From Corallincola holothuriorum (lineage in GTDB: Bacteria > Pseudomonadota > Gammaproteobacteria > Enterobacterales > Neiellaceae), in contig NZ_QPID01000006.1 in NCBI RefSeq assembly GCF_003336225.1, positions 104,207-168,206 on the forward strand: a stretch of DNA of 64,000 bases, written 5' to 3'. Under the pieces are notes generated by a model that worked only from the letters and a program-made list of their open reading frames with translations, was not told where the DNA came from and searched no databases. This document shows, in pieces, positions 59,096 to 64,000 of this stretch; positions within the stretch are counted from its first letter, which is position 1, and every line of letters begins with the position of its first letter. The position numbers were made by a program, and so were the translations under genes.

Positions 59096-60421
59096 CTAAC
59101 GTTCACCGAAGGCGCTGCTGATGTTGGTGAAGATCGGCTTCCATAGGTATTGGAAGACAGTTTTTTCGCCGGTCACGATATCAGCCTCAGCGGTCATGCC
59201 TGGTATCAACCCAAATTGTTCGGGATTATCACGAAAATAGGGTTTTTCGATCGCTATTTGTACTTTGTAAAATACCCCGCCGTGCTCGTCGGCATCCGTG
59301 GTTGGTGATATCTTTTTTACAACGCCATCAAGGGCGCCATACCGACTGTAATCAAAGGCATCAACTTTAATTCGAGCCGTCTGTCCTACGGTAACAAAGC
59401 CGATGTCACGAGGTGATAGCTTGGCTTCCAGCAAGGCCGTTGGTGTTGTGGGAACAATAACTGCCACCGTGCCTCCCGGGGCAACAACACTGCCCGATGA
59501 GGTAGACGGTATTGATTGGATGACTCCATTTACCGGAGACAAAACGGTGGTTTGGGCGACCTGTTGGCCAGATGATTTCAGCCGAGCGCGAACCGCTAAC
59601 AGTTCTGCTTGCGCGTCAGCACGTTTTTCACTGACTTCAGTAAAAAGCGCCGCTTGCTTCTGTTTTAACTGTTGGCGGTCATTAGCGAGATTTTTAGCCA
59701 AGACAAGTTCTTTTCCTTCCATTGCCTTTAGTTCACGCAAATAGCTATCAGTTTTTTGTTGGGCATCTAATATTTGTACTTGAGAAACGGCTTTCTGACC
59801 GCTCAGCGAGTTCATCATCGCCAACGTCTTTGTTGAAGCACTGATCTGATCTCTGAGTGCTGGTAATTCAGACTTAATGGCATCGAGTTCAGCTTGCGTT
59901 TTTGCGAGCCCCGTTTCTGCTAGTGCTACGCTAGCATTGAACTCTGCTTGCATGTGACCAAAAGCCTTTATCTGCTGAGATACAAGGGAAGGGTAGGTGG
60001 TTGCATAATTGGATACATTCATTTCCCGACGTTCAATAAATGCATTGTAGCGTTCTATCTGTAGCGTTAAGTTTGCTTGTTTGCTCTCTAATTCTTCCAC
60101 TGCGGATTGACTATCAATGGCTAAGAAATTGGCCAAGACATCGCCTTTTTTTACGACATCACCCTCTTCCACGTTAATTGTCGCCAGTGTTCCACCTAGT
60201 TGGCTTTGTATTATCTGTCTGTGACCAAGAGGCACTACTTGACCTTTTGCCTTTGCTACCTCCTCGATAGACGTGAAAATTGACCACGTTGCTATTAATA
60301 AAATTGCGCCACTCACAATAAAGATAATGTTACGTATTAGGCGCTGTTCTGCAGGGGATTCGACTGCATCAGCGAATTCATACGCGTGCCATACTCGTTG
60401 ACGAAGAGGGGATTGCTGCAT
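59096..60421 (-). CDS. Type I secretion periplasmic adaptor (HlyD family)
   Basis: AGGAGG Shine-Dalgarno. N-terminal TM helix, a long coiled coil, and C-terminal beta domains. Confidence 0.85.
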   Translation of the reverse strand: MQQSPLRQRVWHAYEFADAVESPAEQRLIRNIIFIVSGAILLIATWSIFTSIEEVAKAKGQVVPLGHRQIIQSQLGGTLATINVEEGDVVKKGDVLANFLAIDSQSAVEELESKQANLTLQIERYNAFIERREMNVSNYATTYPSLVSQQIKAFGHMQAEFNASVALAETGLAKTQAELDAIKSELPALRDQISASTKTLAMMNSLSGQKAVSQVQILDAQQKTDSYLRELKAMEGKELVLAKNLANDRQQLKQKQAALFTEVSEKRADAQAELLAVRARLKSSGQQVAQTTVLSPVNGVIQSIPSTSSGSVVAPGGTVAVIVPTTPTALLEAKLSPRDIGFVTVGQTARIKVDAFDYSRYGALDGVVKKISPTTDADEHGGVFYKVQIAIEKPYFRDNPEQFGLIPGMTAEADIVTGEKTVFQYLWKPIFTNISSAFGER

Positions 60422-60424
60422 AGA

Positions 60425-62473
60425 TTAAGCCTCCTGCACGGGCTGTGATTGTGGTTGAGGTCCAGCGTAAACTAAGCAGCCTTTGTCTAGCACCAGCACT
60501 TTGTCTGCATGTTTTATTAACTCTGGATCATGGCTGCTAAATAAGACGGTATGACGCCCTTTTAGTTGTTCAAGGGTGTGCACAAATTGCCGCCTTGCGC
60601 GAGGGTTTTGATTGGCTATCGGCTCATCGAGAAGCAGCAATGGTGAGCGTTTTAATAGTGCTCTAGCTAAGCTAATATAACTGCCTTCAATCGCAGTTAA
60701 CGTGCTGTAGCCTTGTTCGAATAGATCTTGATTTAGGCTGCCACCTAGAGTGTCTAAAAGAGTGGCGGCGCCTGCTTCTAGCAGTGCTTGCTGTAACTCT
60801 TCTTCTGTGGCTTCGGGACGTGAAATTCTTAAGTTATCAGCTAACGTTCCAGGGAACAGATCTGGTTGTGCAGGCGCATACCCAGCCCAGTGTCTGAAGT
60901 TGGTCGGATCGTACTGGGTTAGATTCCTGTCATTGATCGTTATAAAACCTGATTGTGGTTCGATAACGCCAAGAGCAGCCTGTAACAATGTTGATTTACC
61001 AGCTTGATTTGGTCCGATAACAACTGCCACTTCACCGGGGCATATTTCGAAATCAATACTCGATAAGACTGGCTCTTGCGTTGCGCTGAATCGCAGTGTG
61101 ACATGCTGAAATTTCAATGACGGGGGACCCGAACTGTCTGGGATCTCTAGTCGTAATTCATTATTTTCAGTTTTCACTTTCATGAAGTTATCAAACTGTT
61201 GTGAAGCACTTTTCAGCATGGCCATTTTGGGTAATGATGCGAAAGCGAGCTGGGCAGGGCCGGTGATCCGCCAAATCAACATCGTGCTGGCTATCAATGC
61301 GCCAGCCGTAATACTTTGATCTAATACTAGAAATATACCTGTAAATACCGTAACCAAGGCCGTCATCAGGCTTAGTCCGTGGCTAACAGCTTGGTTTAGG
61401 CCATTTCTTTTTGCATAGGCAAAGTTTTGTTGACAGTTGATACGAGTTTGGCGAATAAACCTCTCAATCCAACCACTGTAATTACCACTGGTTTTTAGCG
61501 CGAGTAGTTGCTTGGTTAGTTCGTTAATAGAGTTCTGATGTTTAGTCGATAGCGTAGGGGAGGCTCGTTGAGCATATTTTTGCAGTCCGCGAGCTATTAG
61601 ATAGTACAATCCGAGCATACCGACAGGCACAACAACTAACCAACCACTCAATAAGACGATGGTAAACAGCGCGATCAACGTGAAAGGGATATCAATTAAA
61701 CCAGCGCCTCCGGGACCGGAAAACAGCATTCGAACACGCTCTGCATTTCTCAATCTGGCAATGTGATTGGATATCCCGACACGGCCTAATACCATTAGCG
61801 GCATATGTAATAAGCGGCTAAATGTCATGTCAGAAAGATCACGTGCCATACGGTTACTGACAGAACAAAGAATGGCTGCGCGTACAATGCGACAGACAAC
61901 GAGTATCGCCAGTGCCAGTATGGCCCCCATTGCGATCCCTGGTAGTTCTGCGGGTGCCTGACCACCAATAACTTTGTCGTACACAGCCATAGTAAACAGG
62001 GGGACTGTTAATCCGGTAATACTTGCAAGGAGGCTTAACCAAAATACAGGGCGGTACCATTTTCGGCGTTTATCTAGCTCTTGGGTAAATCTACTCTGTT
62101 CTCCTCTTTGCCCTGGCAGATGTTCAATTAACACCATATGGGCGCCAGCCATTGAGGTGATATTGGTTAATGGTTGCCATGTCTGGTCGGCAGCCAATTG
62201 CTCTAAACGCTCATCCTTTCGCCGCGCGACAAACGCTTGTGAGTCACTTGGAATAACCACGAACGGGTGTATCGCACACATCATCTTTTTGTGGTCTGCA
62301 GGCAACACTGAAAAATCTATATCGTACCTGTCTAATTGACGATTAAATCCAATAGTATCCAAAAAATGGAGTTGAGGATCTGTGGCTATTTTATTGGCTT
62401 GAGCATACATACCTAGCTGTTGAAATAAACCGACCAATGACTGGTGTAAGTCAGAATGTTGAGTATTCATCAT
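60425..62473 (-). CDS. Type I secretion ABC transporter subunit with N-terminal C39-like domain: canonical Walker A but degenerate signature
   Basis: The likely start is the ATG at 62473 (MMNTQHS), overlapping the upstream TGA as ATGA; the track starts further upstream at 62536. Walker A GPNQAGKST, Walker B LLLLDEP, H-loop SSHD. IEGSY replaces LSGGQ. Confidence 0.8.
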   Translation of the reverse strand: MMNTQHSDLHQSLVGLFQQLGMYAQANKIATDPQLHFLDTIGFNRQLDRYDIDFSVLPADHKKMMCAIHPFVVIPSDSQAFVARRKDERLEQLAADQTWQPLTNITSMAGAHMVLIEHLPGQRGEQSRFTQELDKRRKWYRPVFWLSLLASITGLTVPLFTMAVYDKVIGGQAPAELPGIAMGAILALAILVVCRIVRAAILCSVSNRMARDLSDMTFSRLLHMPLMVLGRVGISNHIARLRNAERVRMLFSGPGGAGLIDIPFTLIALFTIVLLSGWLVVVPVGMLGLYYLIARGLQKYAQRASPTLSTKHQNSINELTKQLLALKTSGNYSGWIERFIRQTRINCQQNFAYAKRNGLNQAVSHGLSLMTALVTVFTGIFLVLDQSITAGALIASTMLIWRITGPAQLAFASLPKMAMLKSASQQFDNFMKVKTENNELRLEIPDSSGPPSLKFQHVTLRFSATQEPVLSSIDFEICPGEVAVVIGPNQAGKSTLLQAALGVIEPQSGFITINDRNLTQYDPTNFRHWAGYAPAQPDLFPGTLADNLRISRPEATEEELQQALLEAGAATLLDTLGGSLNQDLFEQGYSTLTAIEGSYISLARALLKRSPLLLLDEPIANQNPRARRQFVHTLEQLKGRHTVLFSSHDPELIKHADKVLVLDKGCLVYAGPQPQSQPVQEA

Positions 62474-64000
62474 GCTCCCTCCTGTTGGGACAAATGAGCA
62501 TGACCTGAGGAGCCAATTTCGATCTGAGCATCGCATTGGACGATCAGTGATGGGTTGTGGCTGCTTGCAACAATCGTCATTTCTGGCGTCATCTGTTTTA
62601 AGAGCGTCACTAATCTATTTTGGCCATCGATATCCAACGACACTAGTGGCTCGTCCAGTAGTAATAACGAAGGCTTTTGTACCAATGCTCGAACCATGGC
62701 GATTAGCTTTATCGCGCCTTGGCTTAGACGAGTATCCGCGCCTTCTCCGACGGGTGTTTGATAACCATTATTTAACCTTGAAATGGTGGTGGTTAGGCCT
62801 AAGTCATCCGCTAGTTTCATTGCTTCTGGTGCCAGTTCTGGATTGAACATGGTCATGTTGTCGATTAACGAGCCATCAAATAGTGGGGGCCAGCTGCTAA
62901 CGTAAAGTACCGACTGAGAAAACTCATTTTGGTTGTGATGGTACTGGGGTATTTCGTTGAAGTAGATATCTCCTTCACAGGGTTTTTGCAAGCCACCTAT
63001 CGTCGTTAGTAACAGACTCGCGTGGGTAAGGGGGTCTGAACGCACGACGGTTAGTCTATTTGCAGGGATAGTGAGTGATACATGGTCCAGATGAGCACAT
63101 ACCCTTTTTGCTGATAGTTGACAGAGCTTAATGAACGGAGCGGGTAGTTTTGCCTGATAGGTATGTGTACCTGTGAAGTGACTACTGGGTAAGTTAACGA
63201 TCGTATCGACGCTCGTCATGGCTGATTTCGCTGCAACCAAACGTGAACGAAGGCTAATGATTGCACTGAGAGGAGCAACTGCTCGACCAGCTAATATCGA
63301 ACACGCTGCGAGACCACCTGACGTCAATTCACCATTAAGCACTGCTAAGCACCCAACTAACACTAACAGTAAGGTTGTGCCTTGTGATGCACCTTGAATG
63401 ATTTCTTGCAAGCGAGAAGCGAGCCAGTCTACCTGCTGTTGTTGTGCTAACCGTTGATGATTTAATTCGCGATACTTACTTGCGAGTTTGGTTTCCAAAG
63501 CCAGTGCTTTCGCCGTGCTAATTCCAATTAACACATGCATCAACATGCGTGTCCGTTGGCTATCACTTAATGCTACAGTATTTGTTACTTGATAGAGCTT
63601 CTTACCAAGTAACCAAACAATTAGCCCCACCACCAACCATACCGCTAGCGGAATAAAAACAAGTACGCCACCGATATAGGCTACAAGCACGAGAAAAATA
63701 ACTACAAATGGAAAATCCATGATGGCTAGCGCTGCTTGTCCAGAATAGAGATCTCTTACCGTGGCAATGCTCGAAAGTCCGCTAAAGATTCTCCCTGTAC
63801 CTAATTGCTCGATCTGTTGGTAATCGGCATCCATTAACGCTTGCGATGTATTTATGGTGGCAGACAGTTCAAAGTGACTTGCTGAAGCGGCAAGTACCCA
63901 ACTTCGAGCGAATCGAAGTAGGGTTTCCAACAGGATCGCAATGGCCACACTAACCACCAGTACTGTTGCTGTACCTAAGCTTTGGTTGGGAAGAATGCGA
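62470..64000 (-). CDS. Second ABC half-transporter of the T1SS (5' end beyond the window): degenerate Walker A, near-consensus signature
   Basis: TM domain, then an NBD lacking GxxGxGK(S/T) (VVRSDPLTHASLLLTTIGG) but retaining LSQGA, Walker B LLLLDEP and H-loop SSHN. The frame is open through 64000. Confidence 0.7.
   Translation of the reverse strand, partial: RILPNQSLGTATVLVVSVAIAILLETLLRFARSWVLAASASHFELSATINTSQALMDADYQQIEQLGTGRIFSGLSSIATVRDLYSGQAALAIMDFPFVVIFLVLVAYIGGVLVFIPLAVWLVVGLIVWLLGKKLYQVTNTVALSDSQRTRMLMHVLIGISTAKALALETKLASKYRELNHQRLAQQQQVDWLASRLQEIIQGASQGTTLLLVLVGCLAVLNGELTSGGLAACSILAGRAVAPLSAIISLRSRLVAAKSAMTSVDTIVNLPSSHFTGTHTYQAKLPAPFIKLCQLSAKRVCAHLDHVSLTIPANRLTVVRSDPLTHASLLLTTIGGLQKPCEGDIYFNEIPQYHHNQNEFSQSVLYVSSWPPLFDGSLIDNMTMFNPELAPEAMKLADDLGLTTTISRLNNGYQTPVGEGADTRLSQGAIKLIAMVRALVQKPSLLLLDEPLVSLDIDGQNRLVTLLKQMTPEMTIVASSHNPSLIVQCDAQIEIGSSGHAHLSQQEGA

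Overview
This 64 kb window is Gammaproteobacteria-like chromosomal DNA, probably Shewanella/Alteromonadales by gene content and codon usage (inference). It is gene-dense, and I found no rRNA, tRNA, CRISPR array, transposase or integrase.

Gene order:
- A partial RIO-type kinase (-), then sbcD-sbcC (+), a transporter::solute-binding-domain fusion, and a GGDEF/EAL protein.
- A YgjP-like HExxH hydrolase (-), two small envelope proteins, a rhomboid protease with N-terminal zinc ribbons (-), and a small HExxH membrane protein.
- dbpA (+), a RecQ-family helicase (-), and an MFS transporter.
- A polymorphic-toxin locus (+): a ~770 aa protein with a C-terminal PD-(D/E)xK-like nuclease domain, followed by two tandem paralogous immunity-like genes. 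Each paralog carries its own near-identical terminator.
- An E. coli yjfIJKLMC/ygiBC-like stress cluster (-): DUF2170, PspA/IM30, DUF2491, DUF350, DUF1190 lipoprotein and glutathionylspermidine-synthase-like protein, with a TVGYGD K+ channel-RCK gene inserted.
- A six-gene plus-strand operon, the most unusual system here: small HTH protein, YqiJ/NfeD-like membrane protein, flotillin (YqiK-like), a 1806 aa multidomain protein with a C-terminal AAA+ module, a translationally coupled single-HKD phospholipase-D-family nuclease, and a 4-TM protein. It ends in a strong terminator and is followed by a ~500 nt AT-rich gap.
- A lipoprotein, a class-3 lipase, a voltage-gated-type K+ channel, and a TetR-MFP-RND efflux operon (-).
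- An SDR oxidoreductase, SatP/YaaH, and a type-I secretion locus (-): two translationally coupled ABC half-transporters with complementary degenerate motifs, a HlyD adaptor, and a 3051 aa repeat adhesin containing 8 near-identical ~318 nt tandem repeats.
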